A stretch of 64,000 bases of DNA, taken from the NCBI GenBank assembly GCA_020891255.1, contig BQFW01000001.1, positions 930,001 to 994,000 of the forward strand, written 5' to 3'. How positions within the stretch are numbered: the first letter of the stretch is position 1; the number at the start of each line of letters is the position of its first letter. This document shows positions 1 to 15,078 of this stretch, piece by piece. A program made the translations under genes and the position numbers. The stretch is from Entomortierella parvispora E1425. Its lineage: Eukaryota; Fungi; Mortierellomycota. The notes beneath the pieces are model-generated. The model saw only the letters and a program-made list of their open reading frames with translations, ran no database searches and was not told the origin of the DNA.

Positions 1-167
1 ACGGCACTCTCAGGATTAAGTCAGGGTCAAACAGAAGCCCATCGGCTAGCATAAGCGTGGCATTGCTTAGATTTGGTTGTCTTCAGGTGCTTCAAGGAGA
101 CCATTGGATTTCATCTCGAGATCAGTCCTTAATCGCCTATTTCTTCGCATTGACAATAATGAATTAG

Positions 168-613
168 GACCGTGCCAACTTGAACAGCCAGCTCGAGCAT
201 CTGCAATCAAAATACGTCGGCACTGGGCATGCCGACACCAGCAAATAGTAAGGTCGCCACTCACTACAATTATGGGAATGGGGCCTGGTATCATAGCCTT
301 ATTACCCTTTTATCGATTTTCGATTTTTTTATTAACCTCCAAACAATCGCCTGCTAGTGAGTGGGGTGTGAATCAGGCTAGGGACACCTATGCATCGTAC
401 ATTGGACATTACCCCATGATCTCGTATTTTGCCCTTGCAGAGAACGAGAGTATTGCAAGAGTCAAGTTCAATATAACAGAGGTACTTTCGTAACTGGCAA
501 TCCGCCTTGAACCTCAACGGTAGAACTAAATAAGGAAAACTAACTTATGCTGCAACTCCATTTCTTAGAAAATGCTTCAGCCTTGTGGCCCCCCTCCTGA
601 GCGTAGAGAATAG
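168..613 (+). CDS. SF3B5: Splicing factor 3B subunit 5 (Ysf3/Rcp10), 5'-partial; exons 168-247, 358-481, 569-613
   Basis: Spliced translation DRANLNSQLEHLQSKYVGTGHADTSKYEWGVNQARDTYASYIGHYPMISYFALAENESIARVKFNITEKMLQPCGPPPERRE* matches the SF3B5 signature. GT-AG introns with consistent phases. No usable in-frame ATG upstream in the window, so the first exon is probably outside it. Confidence 0.92.
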
Positions 614-924
614 AATATCTTGAAGGCGGTCCAGCATTGTATTTTTATAAACTCTCCTCTGACGTTGCATCCGCATACAAGCACAGCTTTCTTGCAGAGT
701 TACTTCTTTTAGGAAGATCGTGGCCAGGACCGATCGATGTTTTCCCAGTCGTGCCATTCCTCATTATTGAGGTCAAGGGGGTTCAAAACTCTGACTCACA
801 CTCTATGTGCAGTCTATGTGAGTTTCTTTTTAGTCGAATGCATCTTTCGTATGTCACTAATAAGTCGGTGCGGTCAGTGCGGTCCACGCCATCTCAGTCA
901 TGACTGTGAAATCCCTTGAAGTTA

Positions 925-1260
925 CTAGATCAGGTTTGGTGTCAAAAGCTCTTCGTCCTGGTCTGCCTTTCGTATTGCATTTTTGGTGACACCTCCATGT
1001 TCATCGTGCTTCCTGTCCAAGAGTCTTTGCTGAATGTGGTAATTGTCAACACCACGAGCAAGGTCTACTTTGTACAACAATTGCCACAATCCAGGGGGAG
1101 GGTCAACGTGGGGGAGCTTGATCACGTCCACCAAGGAAAAAGTGGACCAAGAACCACACACTCCCCTTGAAAGCACCAAATGAACTTCTTTGTTGCGATG
1201 GTACGATGGATTGCACTTGGTTGTGTAAGGCCTTATTTGATCGTTACCTTTGTAGGAAGA
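925..1260 (-). CDS. Hypothetical small protein, probably spliced (exon structure uncertain)
   Basis: Open frame of ~112 codons directly after a polypyrimidine tract + AG (1261-1300), with coding-like codon use (…LLYKVDLARGVDNYHIQQRLLDRKHDEHGG…). Possible further exon at ~714-803. No family recognised. Confidence 0.4.
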   Translation of the reverse strand, partial: SSYKGNDQIRPYTTKCNPSYHRNKEVHLVLSRGVCGSWSTFSLVDVIKLPHVDPPPGLWQLLYKVDLARGVDNYHIQQRLLDRKHDEHGGVTKNAIRKADQDEELLTPNLI

Positions 1261-3831
1261 CTTGACAGGGGTGAATGAGAATACAAAAAAAAAAAAAAGA
1301 ACGAGAGAGGGAGCTGGTCCCGCATTGACGGGGAGAGAAGGTCAAGTCAAGGAGGTCATCTGGCCACCGCGGGAAACCTTAGCTGTGCCCAGCATAGAGT
1401 TGTGGAGATGAGATGGGTGCGCATGCATGGTTGCATACGAGACGCTGCTGAACGCCGAAATCTCCGCTCTCTTTTTTTTCTCTTTTTCTGTTGTCCGATA
1501 TGCACTGGGGGTTGTCTACAAGCATAACATCCCATATGTTCTCATCCGTGATTCCGAGACTTGGTTTGAATACTCACCCCTAGCCAGGCACCTTCAGTAC
1601 CTTGTTTGGAGTACTGAACTTTCAAAGTTGTCCGTGTGCGACGGACCTTTTGTTTGTTTTGTGTGTTTGGTTGAATGTCTCTTTAGATCTTCTGTGGCAC
1701 GAGAGAACGGGGGATCTGGATGAGAGACACAACTAAAAGAGGCGACTCACCCTCTTTTTTTGGGCATCCGTCGTCAGGTCAGTTTTTTTATCATCCTTTG
1801 GCATTTTTGGCATGACATGCCAGGTAGAAGAGAAAACAACACAACAAGGAAAAAATGGCGCGTTCTGAGTTGGAAGCAGTAACCTACTCTGTGGTAGCAG
1901 TAAAGAAACACAGAGAGAAAGAGAGCCAGCTTCGTGGTTTTTCGTGTTTTTGGGGGTGGGGCATCCACGATGAATCCAACATTCGATCACCAACTAAAGG
2001 GCTTCATGTAGACAAGACGAGACGGACGATAATGTGTTCCACGTTCCGTTTTGGTGGCAATCGATCGATGCAATGCCAGATCGGATCGACGGCGTTTTCT
2101 CCTTGGGATCAAACAATGGCATGGGTGAGGAGAAGGGTTCTACCCCGAGAAGGAATGACGGTAAGGAGAAGATCCTCTTGAGCCAGTGAGGAGCAAAGCA
2201 TTCCGTCTGAGTCAAAACACGCAAACACAGTCTTGTCTTGTCATGTCATGACTGTGGGATTCACCCCCAGAACCTCCTTGCATGAGAGTTGTTGACAAAG
2301 AGTACAGGTGAAAAACAGATATGCACGAGAACGCGTGCTTACGATTGAGTTTCCCGCCATGCATCCACAACCGGAGGACAGTTATCGCGGACGAATGAAG
2401 AGAGAGGAGAGGCGGGAAGAGAGCTCACGGGGACATAGCTACGTCCAGTCCCCGCCAAGCAGCGCGCCGTCACCATCCTCATCGTCGTCATTGTTCGGGA
2501 TGCTGACAACGCCAAAAGGCTATTCTGTCTGTGTTTTTGTTTACCAGGTCTGCCGTCGACCTTGGATCCAAACCCATGTGCTTCAACTTGGCCCGAATCT
2601 CGACTCGATTGGTGTGGTCCCTCTTTTTGTCTTCCCTCTTTCCAGTTGGAATGGCTTAAGGTCAAAAGGATCAGTTAACTCGTTTTCTTCTTACTCTCTG
2701 TTGTCCATTTCAGTTCAGTTCAATCCTCCTGTCCTTTCTTTATCCTCCAGAACCTGACAGCCCTCGTTTTTGTTCCTTTCCTTTCTCTTTTTCTTTTGTT
2801 CTCTCTCTTTATTCACTTTCATCATCACGGCTTCCCCTCTTCCTAAACACCCCAGAGCCACATAACAACCCTGCTCAACAATCATAACGATACGAAATAA
2901 CGATCGATCACCAGTAGTGCGCATCCACACAGCAACCAAGAAACCACAGCAGGTAGCCTAGTACTAATGACAATGGGTTCCCCTCCTATAATTGCCTCCG
3001 AATCGGCTATTCCTCAGCGATCACAAGATGGTCGTTTTCCAGCCTCTTTTTTTTCACTGAGTACCACGGTTGAATTGGACGTCCTGACTCGATCTGATCC
3101 AACTCAACCCCAGGATGGTGCCATGGGTCACAAGGGGAGGAGCGGGAAACAGGAAGAAAAAAGGCGGCGACCAGCGTCTTGCGCCTCTTTCTTTTTATTT
3201 TTTCTCCTTTCACCCAGTTGATCCCTCATCTTCTTACTCTTCACCCTGTTCACCCTGTTCACCCTCTTCGCCTTTGTTCGTCCCTTTCCAGTCACCCGCC
3301 TTGTCGCTCTCAATCCCTCGCCTCGGTATGACGCTCTCCAGTCGACACTGAGATCACCCCTCGTGTCCCACAGTCTCATTTCTTCTCCTGTCGGGCTAAT
3401 AGCTGTTGCTAGCACTCCTTCTCTTTATTTATATCGCCGCTGAAGCCCAGTTTTTTCTTTTCTTTGTTTTTTTGGTGGTGGGATATGGCGTCTGGTGTCC
3501 GCTGTATCTGTTCACTAGTTCACTGCGTTGTCAATACACGGGATGTGCCCCATTCCACCTCCTATGCGTTACAAACCACGGAACCAAAGGGCCGTCTCCT
3601 GGTCGTCCTGATTTCGTTACCAGTCGTTGAGAGGAGGAGGGGAGAGTGTTTTTGTGGAGAAATCCATGTTCGCAAAAAAGCGTGGACTGTGAGGGGTTGT
3701 GGCGCTCTCGTTGCTTCTTTGTCTGCTCCTCTAATTCTTTTTCTTCTCATCCGCAGACAAACATTTTTGATATTTACTTTTGCCGCAAGTCATCCCAAGC
3801 CAAGATTTCCTCCTTCCACACAAACACATCG

Positions 3832-6075
3832 ATGTCCACTCAAGATCAACAACCTCAGAAAAAGCACGTCGAGGACGAGCAGTTTTCGATCGCCATTGTT
3901 CCCGAGGCGACTGCCATCGAGGAGGAACCAACATCCATCCCCGAGCCCTCGGATAAAGGTCCTGCCTCTACGACGACAGAGTCTTTGGCATCCGCAGCGA
4001 AACAGAGCCGCCTTTCCATGGCCTTTCACAAGATCTCCTGCGGTAAGAGCATGTTACCCGACACAGTGTCAATGAGCAGTTCGGGTGGAAGGGGTGTCTC
4101 TGGAGTGAGCCCCTTGGGCACATTGTGGCTTTCTGTCCTGCCTTTTGCTGCGCTTGTTCGCTGGGTCGACCGATGGACAGCCTGTTTTCTCATCTTGGCC
4201 TCTCTCCTGAGGAGTGACATCCTTTCAGTCATTCACTCGAAAAGCCTATGTGCGCCCCCTTCTCTCTCTCCCCTTGCATCTCTCTGCTCTCTGCTCCTCC
4301 CCTACTATCCGGATCCACTTTGCAGGGTACACCCCTTTTCCAATCATCCGACAACAGTATCGCTGTTGACTTCCTTGTTTGGACTCGAACCACTCATTGT
4401 TCATTTCCTCTGTCTGTCGAACTCTCGAGCCTTGGCGTTCGTTTTGCACAGAGCGAACTGATCGTCACTTGGGAGTCCTTTCGCTTGTCCCTTTGTTTGT
4501 GACCACAACATGGCACAGGCCCTCCTTACATCCTTACGCGTGGCTACTGCCAGGGGGGAATTTCAATGATCGGACACAAATTGATATCTATTGTTATTTA
4601 TTTATTTTCTGGAATTAGGACTCTGCTTCCACCCACTGAAGAACAATAGCGGGGTTGATTACCATCAGTTGGTCCATACCCCTACTGAGGAGGACGGCCC
4701 CTTCTTTGGACAAGATTCGGACTGCCCTGGCAATAATATCGATGGTACTGTTGTCATGCCAAGAGATATCCTACATGATAACAAGGAATCGACGGCAGAT
4801 CATCATCTCGCAGAGGCGAGTGGCTCAGCAACTCGTGCAGAGAGTTCACATCTCGAATCGAAGGAGCGCACTCAAGTACACGATCAAGTACAAGAAGATG
4901 AGCCACCCGCAGTCCTTCGGGAGAATGTCATCCCTACCTTTGTTGAAGAGTTTACTGTGGACGAGGATCCACTGGAGACCTCGGAGGAGATTACGGTTCT
5001 TAGCCGCGACGTCGCAGAAGAGCCAACTGCCACCGCGACTTTGGCAGTTGTGCAGGAGCAAGAAGAACCCACTGTTACTGCTAGCCCACGTGCCATTACC
5101 ACTAATGTCGTAACACCAGTGGCCTCTCCAACATCGTCGCCAGCTCGCAGCCGTGCTGCAGGAGCGTTCGCCAAGTTGACCAAGAGGTCCTCACCTTCCG
5201 CTACACCCACCCCCGCATCTAATTCCTCTTCACCTACGTCCTCGGTATCGTCCTCACCTCTGCTGGAGCGTTTGGGTCGATTCGCAAAGGTCATTCGTCC
5301 AAGCGACACAACGACGTCCTCATTCCAGACGACATCCTCATCCTTGTCAACCTCTTCCCAAAAGGTTGTCGAGTCCCTTGAAATAGCATCAAGAATCACC
5401 TCCGACCAGACCCACGTACAAGAAACAGCGAAAGTCGTGACCGTGTCGTCGCCCGTCGAGGTGGAAAAGAAGAACGAGGGAGCCCAAGTTCAGTGGACTC
5501 ATGCCACCCCCCCGCTACCTCCCGCGCCAGTCCAGCAGCAGCAACAGCAGCAACAACAGCCACACCAAATCTCACAGGTGAACAAGCGTCACTCTCTGGT
5601 TCTTGACACTGCCGCTTCTTTCTTGAATTCGACTTCCACCTCGCCTGTCCCGATTCCAGGGCAGTCACCGATCCACCCCTGGACCACCCATTCGCCCACG
5701 CTGCATCAAAACGACGCCAGTGTTGCCAGTCAAGTAACACACACCGGTTCTGGTAGTGTCAATAGCACGCGATCTTTGAGTCGAGTCGGCCGTGCTTCCA
5801 CCCTGGACAGCACATTGGAGGGAACACCCGGTAGTGACGCCGGTAGTCTGAGCTCGAGCACAAAAGAAGGTAGCGCTCCCAACAGCCAAGGCGCTGGCGA
5901 GGGCTTTATGAGCAAGACAACGAAGCGAAGAAAGAACGTGATGAAGAAGCTGGGCAAGATCATCAACAACATTAACACAAAAGAGGGCAAAGAAGCTAAG
6001 GCGAGCAAACGATCCAGTCGTCAGGGAAGCATGACGTTGGACAGCCCATTGGCGATGTCACCCACTGCAGAGTAA
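3832..6075 (+). CDS. Hypothetical Ser/Thr/Glu/Gln-rich low-complexity protein; exons 3832-4042, 4619-6075
   Basis: ATG at 3832. Phase-1 donor G|GTAAG at 4043 joins in frame to phase-1 acceptor TAG|GA at 4618, giving a continuous ~555-aa ORF. No known domain recognised. Confidence 0.7.
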
Positions 6076-6693
6076 TACGCCTGGTATACCCATCGTTGTA
6101 TATATATATTTGAGTGGAGCAAGTGGGAGCGGGAGAAAGAGAAAAAGAAAACCAGCAGGCCTGCATGGCCGTGTGCACCCTGGGGGGCAATAAATAAATG
6201 TTAGGACAACCACAGACAACCGAAATAACAACGGACGCGTCGATAGCGCGGTCCAATCCAATCTTTGCTCTTTCGTTTAGTGGTGCAATCCATTGCTCAT
6301 CTCGTCCAGGCTGCAGCCAACGCGACACGGCAGCAGAGGGAGAGAGGACGTTACTTCCTTTCTGCACAGAAACAGGGATTTGGCAGTTAAGAGTGAGACG
6401 ATGTGGCTGTTGAATGGGCATTTCTTGTTGACATTGGAATGGGCTGATCACCTTGGAATTCCACGCCATCGTTGGATCTCGCCCAGACCCGGTGTGTGTC
6501 CGTGGGCAGCAAAGTGGCGGCGTGCGAGGGAGGATCGATTTTTTTTTTTTTTTTTTTTTTTGGCAGAGGGGCGCTTTCGTTATCTTTCTAAATAAATTCA
6601 TCTTGCATCTTTTTCTTCTTTTCTTCTTTTCAACTCCTCATCCCACACTCTTCCCCGCGACTCACACAGATCCCACTTCCTCTCCGCTACAAC

Positions 6694-9104
<2,411 letters not shown>

Positions 9105-10680
9105 ATTGTTATTAATGCAAGAGGTGAAGAACCCGGAACCCGGAACTTCCTCGGACACGGACATTTTGAATGAGGTACCCGTCATAATCAGAACGTACTC
9201 TGAAAATAGCCAAAATACATTTCGGTTTTCATGCGATTGACCACACTACATTGACTGCAATGAATCCACTGACAGAACAGTGAGCCACTGAGAACATATT
9301 TGTAGTTTGCTGACATGATGCGTGCATGGCATGGTTTGCGGAAAAGGCTTTCCCGTGGTCCCAGATCACCGATCCTCTTCTTCCCGTCCCGACTTGTCGG
9401 GCACTCTGGTCGCCAGTACCTACTGTGCAGTTACAGTACGGCTTCTGTGAAATGAGAAAAAGATGGAGGACGTCCAAGGGTATTTTAGGCCCTGCACTCC
9501 GACATTATACAGTAAAATGAACGAGGGGGAACAGCCCTTGTGCCGCATTTTCTGTTCAAATTAGAGCTCTCCTTGAGCTCGTTTCACTTACGAATCACAA
9601 TGAACAAAGGTAATGAAGTGAATATAAAGTGCCGCTGTCAGCATCTTTGTAAGTTTGTAGACAAAGCTGAGAGCTAAGGAGTAGACAATCGCTCAGCTCT
9701 CTGGAGGCTTGAGGTCAAGCAAGGCACCGAAAAAATAAAAAATGAAGAGGCGACAAGAGCAATTGCCCAATTGGCACGAAGGGTGGGAGCACAGATAGCA
9801 GAGTGGATAAAAACCACTGACAAAATAGCGTTTTGGGGAGACCATGATTTAGGTTAATGACACTTTGCCTTTGTTTGTGGGATGCTCTCCCCGTAGCGTT
9901 TGACCTGTGCAAAAAGCGGTCCCTCCCGTCTATCAGTTCCTCGAGGAGGTTCTACGACACTGCAGCAGGATGCAAGATGATGGAAGTGACGATATTGATG
10001 GTGGTAGCAGGGGAAAGAGACTGGAGGAAGGGGCGGAGGGCGAGTGCACCATTTTCTGCGGACTGTTGCTGGTGAACGTGTGGACAACCAACGCAAGAGA
10101 GAACGGGAAGATGCACGCCCAATCTCGTTGTGCAGAGTGACGACTCAAGAGTGGGACAAAACAAGAAGACAAGGAGGGGGGCAGATGCAATGCAATGCGG
10201 TGCAACACAGTGCACTGTCTCTCCCCCTCGTCCTCCCCATCTGCCACTTCTGTCCTTCTGTCGTGTTGTCACGCTCGAAAGAAGAAGGTGCTGGGGATGC
10301 TGATTATCGTCAGGCCGAGGTCTGTCTGACATTGGGCCTGGCTGGCTCAATGTTTTTTTTTTTTTTTTTTTGGGTTGCTCTTTCTCAAATCCCATTGTTT
10401 CCCTCTTTCTTTACTCTTTCTTCTTCACCCTCTTTGCACCCTTCCCGCACTCCCGAGGACATTTTTTTTCGCTTGCTTTGACCACCTCTCTCTCTGATAA
10501 AGAACCTTTCTATCTCCTTATTGCCTTTCTTTTTCCTGTCACTTCACATTCCACTCTTCAAGGACTATCAAGTTTACCTTACACGCCAATTATCGTTCTT
10601 GCTTGTTTTCCAAAGAGTTCAATCCGTATTTTCACCTCAACCTTCAATACCAATCAACCAAAGAAAGAAACCAAACGGCC

Positions 10681-13600
10681 ATGGCGGAAACTCTTCATTT
10701 GCAACCTCAACAGCCCGCCCAGAAGCCTCAAGGTAAAAGGCAGAACAGAGAACTATATTCTACTTTTTTTTTTTTTTTGCATTGTTCAATATTGCCTCTT
10801 TTCTTTCAACAGTCTTTTTTTTTTACTTTCCTTGTGGGTCCGAGGAGAAATGTTTAAAGGGCCCTTTTGTTCCATCGTTTCACCAAAGCAGAAGTGTTGA
10901 AGTGTTGAGCGCAACAAACAAGCGAAAGGGCGGCCCAAAAAAAAAAACGGAGCTGTCACTTGGTTGTGGTTGCCCTGGGGTCATCCACCACACATTTTAC
11001 AGCACAGGGGGTGGTGGACAGGGGGGCACAAAAGATACTTCTTTTTAGTGGGTGGGTGGTGGAACGGAGAGTAATGGGCTCAAATTGGCACAATTTCACA
11101 CATGGAGATTGAAAAAACAAGCACTTTTTTTTTCTTTTCGAAAAGAGGGTCACCATGCTTGAGGCCAGCCTGCATGTTTGATAGCAAGTGCAGGTGCGAG
11201 GAGTGAATATGGGTGGAGGAACAAAAAAAGGAAAAAAAGGGCGAGAGTCGTTTCGCGTAATTCTGTCTGTTTCTCTTTTATTAGCGGACGGGCGTGTCGC
11301 CGAAACATACCAGGCCGAGTGAAAAGCAGACTCATGTTCTATCTCTCCTCTCTCTGTGCTTGATCATTGGACGAAAGAGAAGAGGACAAGTGAGGAAGGT
11401 GGAGGCACAGGAGAACGTGGGAGTAGGGAGAAAAGGCTAGGAGTGTGTTGTGTGTGTTGTGTTGTGTTGTGTTGTGTGTGACGATCGCAGTTGTTGCGAT
11501 TCGATGCGATGGGACACGAGTGAGGGCAGAGAGAGGCGAGGAAGGAAGGAAGCAAGGAAGGACAAGGAGGACAGAGAGAGGTCGATGACCTCCGCACGCA
11601 CGCACACGCACACGCAGGAACAACTGAAGGAGAGAGGGAGAGAGGGAGAGAGAGAGAGCAAAGGCAGATAGATACACACAAACACACGCAAACAGACACA
11701 CCCACAGTCAGAAGGCAGCCCGGTCTCGCGCTAATAATTCTTTCTCTTTTGTTCTTTCCTTTTGCATAATCTCTTCCCTCATTCTTCCTGTTCCCGCATC
11801 CTAATCCTTCAATGTCCTCGCTAGATCCGCATCAGGCCCCGGCCACAGACACAGAAACATCCTCAGCCGCGCCCTCCTCCTCCACAACACAGCAACAACA
11901 GCAACCGCCGCCAGCGCAACAACCACCACAGCAGCAGGACACCCAACAGATGGAAGCAGACCAGCCCAAGAAGGCAAAGCGAAAGAGAATTACACCCGAG
12001 CAGCTCGAGGACCTTGTGGGCCTCTTTGAGAAGACCGACACGCCGTCGTTCGAGGTTCGCGAGAAGCTGGCCAAGAAGCTGGGCATGTCCAACCGAGAGA
12101 TCCAGGTAGGCAGCTGCCACGTTTGCTTGAATGCATGCATGCGCCTTCTGCTGGCTTTACGCCATGTATCGCTGACCCTTCCATGTTCCCCGCTCTAGGT
12201 CTGGTTCCAGAACAGACGCGCCAAGGCCAACCGGGTCAAGATCAATGAGCAAGCCGCGTTGCATCACCAGCAGCACTTGCAGCATCAGCATCAACAGATG
12301 CTCCAGCAGCAGCAACAGCAGCAGCAGCATCACATGCACCACCACCGGTCCAACAGCGGCAGCAATGGCTATGGCACCCATCACGTTCACTCTGCACCCT
12401 CAACACCGATGCAGCCGATTCCCGTCCACCACCAGCATCTTCATCACCACAGCCAACAGCAGCCCCACCTGAACAACGGCCATCCTCAAGGCAGCGATTC
12501 AAGCGGCTACAGCTATTTTGGCCCGAATGGATCCTCGCCGCCCATGCCCACGCCCACGCCTCGCGCACACTCCTCGATGTCCCAGCCACACGGGCAGCCA
12601 AGCAGACGGCCCGCCTCTCTCTATAACATTGGCAGCTATGGTCATCTTATGCAGCAGCAGCAACAACAGCATCAACCGCAACAAAAATCTTCTTTCCAAC
12701 CACAGCAGCCAGCAGCAGGAGGATCACATCCTGGATATGCGAGTAGCCATGGGCAGCCTCCACAGCAGCATGGACATGGACATGGTCACGGGCATGGTCA
12801 CTCGCGCTCAGGATCCAACTATGGCATGGATATAATTTTGCCTTCCAGCTCGTCTAGTTCACAGCGCCCCGTCTTGCCTCCGCCCATCAGCACATTGGCA
12901 CCTCACAGACCAGGTCATTCGATCGAGGACTACGAGGAGTCCAGAAGGTCCGGCAGACACGAACGAACGATGTCTGAGGGACACCCAGCAGGATATCTCT
13001 CTCCAACCATGATGGCCTCGCCTACTTCACCGCCATCAGAGCGACGCGCTATCGACAATGGCCCCTATCGGGACGATTACGAACCAGATTCGCCTTCGTC
13101 TGTTACACAGTCTTCGCCTTTTGCCAATGGCACCAGCTCTACGACGGGGCCCCCTTCTAGCCGACACGGCTCATCTCTCTCTTCTTTTGGGAAGTCGACA
13201 GCTATTAAGCCTGAAGATGTAGAGCCAAAAGTGGTCCTGCGTGAGCCGCGGCCCTCAGCCACTGGCAACCACTACCCCGGTAGCAAGAATCGACGGTCGT
13301 ACGATGATGCTCTCTACGATGAGCATCAGCAGCTGATGCGAGATAATTTCAACATGGACAAGAGACTTGTCATTTCGGAGGATGAGCCCAGGCCAGAGTC
13401 TGCAATCGACCTTCTGGCCTATGCTGCTGCATTTATTCAGGAGTCAGAGGAGCACAAAAAGGATGGCGGTGCGAATACTGGGGTTGGTGCCAGAAGTGAC
13501 CTCGGCGGTAGCAACACTGATGATAAGCGGACCTCGTTGGGACAACTAAACTCTAGTAATAAGCGACAGTCGTTCCATGGACCGACTGGATACCCAAGCA

Positions 13601-14478
13601 AAGAACCCTTCTTTGAAGAGTCTTCCCGATACTCATCATCGAGTATGTCATGGGAGCCTAGTGGTGCCTCAGCATCAACAACCTCTGCGGGAGACATCAT
13701 GCCTGTTCCTCGGCAACGGAACAGGGACGGGGACGGGGCTTTTGCTCCACGTCGGCCACGACCAGTAACCTATGGTGGTAGTGGATTTTTGTACGATCAT
13801 CACGAAAACCAGTTCATGCCTCAGTCTATGTCCCCGTCTCTTTCGTCTTCACCGGGTGGATACAGTCGATCACCTTCCAGCAGTGCGCGGAGGGTGAGCA
13901 GCCATCGAAACTCGACAGAGGTAGGAAGCAGCGGGTTGTTACTGCAGCGGGGCTTGACCCGTCCTCGGCGCTCTTCTTCGACTGCAACACAGCAACATCC
14001 ATTCCCACAGCCCAACCCACAGTTTTATTCTCAGACGCCTTCACATCAACAGCAGCAACAATCCGTGGTTTTGGCACCCATTATGGGCGATAATCAGCGA
14101 TTACTCTCGCCTGCCATGGTGCCATCCCCTCCCCCATTCTCGTCTTCAGCATCCTCAGGACCTGCGCAGTTGGCTTCCAATCGACTGTCAAGACACGACA
14201 GCTACGGCAGCAACTCTGGTGGATTCCCAACAGGCACGTCCCAAAGTAACGGGCATCCTTCATACCCTCCTAGAGATTCGCCTGGTTCGGATTCTTACTC
14301 GCGGGAGTCTTTCAACGAGTCGAGGGGTAGTCGCGAGGATTTTGAAGAAGATGGAAGTTACAAAGAGCACGGTCGTGTTGAAGAACTAGATGAGGACATG
14401 GAGGACGAGGATGGGTACGATCGCCAAAGAGCAGCCAAACGACGGAGCGGTAACTTTTTTGCTACGGCGCTGCAGTGA
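10681..14478 (+). CDS. Homeodomain transcription factor with Gln/His/Ser-rich disordered C-terminus; exons 10681-10732 (probable), 11825-12105, 12199-14478
   Basis: Homeodomain KRKRITPEQLEDLVGLFEKTDTPSFEVREKLAKKLGMSNREIQ|VWFQNRRAK, split by intron 12106-12198. The upstream mini-exon joins in phase. Alternative in-frame ATG at 11812. Confidence 0.92.
11443..11480. repeat. (GT)/(GTGTT)n microsatellite in the homeobox first intron
   Basis: Direct reading: gtgtgttgtgtgtgttgtgttgtgttgtgttgtgtgtg. Confidence 0.85.
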
Positions 14479-15078
14479 TTCATGTGCGCTAGAAGTAGCA
14501 GAGTCGGAGATACCATATCTTGTCGCATCCGCGATACCCAACACTCGACTATGACCCTAGCAGTCGATCCATTAGAAGTCCCTTTCTTGTAATAAAACAT
14601 GACATTACCCACTAAAGAATATGCACCACTTGCACAAAAGACCGGCACGATGAGACTGTCAAACACCAATGCAGAATGTCCCCGAGACAAGACTCTTTGT
14701 CTGCATGAGCGAGTGAATTGGCCACGAAGGGTAGATTGTCCGTCTCCTCATGGGCAGGTGAGCTGGACTATGTCTGTTCCTCGACGCCCAAAAATGCCCC
14801 AGGATGGAATAAAGGGTTTCGGACGCGTTCTGCCAGCGGGGTCATTGGTCGCACTTCTTCCTCTGTTTGCGGAATCGGTGATAGGCTGGATCTCGACTGT
14901 CTTGGATTTTGGGCTCGCTTTTCCGTGTTGAACTTGAAAGGTGCTCCTTCACCTTTTTGTTTGTTTCCCTTATTTTCTATCCCTTCTTGGAACATTCCTA
15001 CTCGTTGACCCTTTTCTCTTCTTAAACACGAAAAATCAGAGATTGGTTCAGTGAGAAGTAGATTCTTCACGCAACACC

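Noticed and set aside
9850-10250. Possible small exon KAVPPVYQFLEEVLRHC…
   Set aside because: No start or consistent splice partner and no recognisable family. Overlapping ORFs in several frames look like chance.
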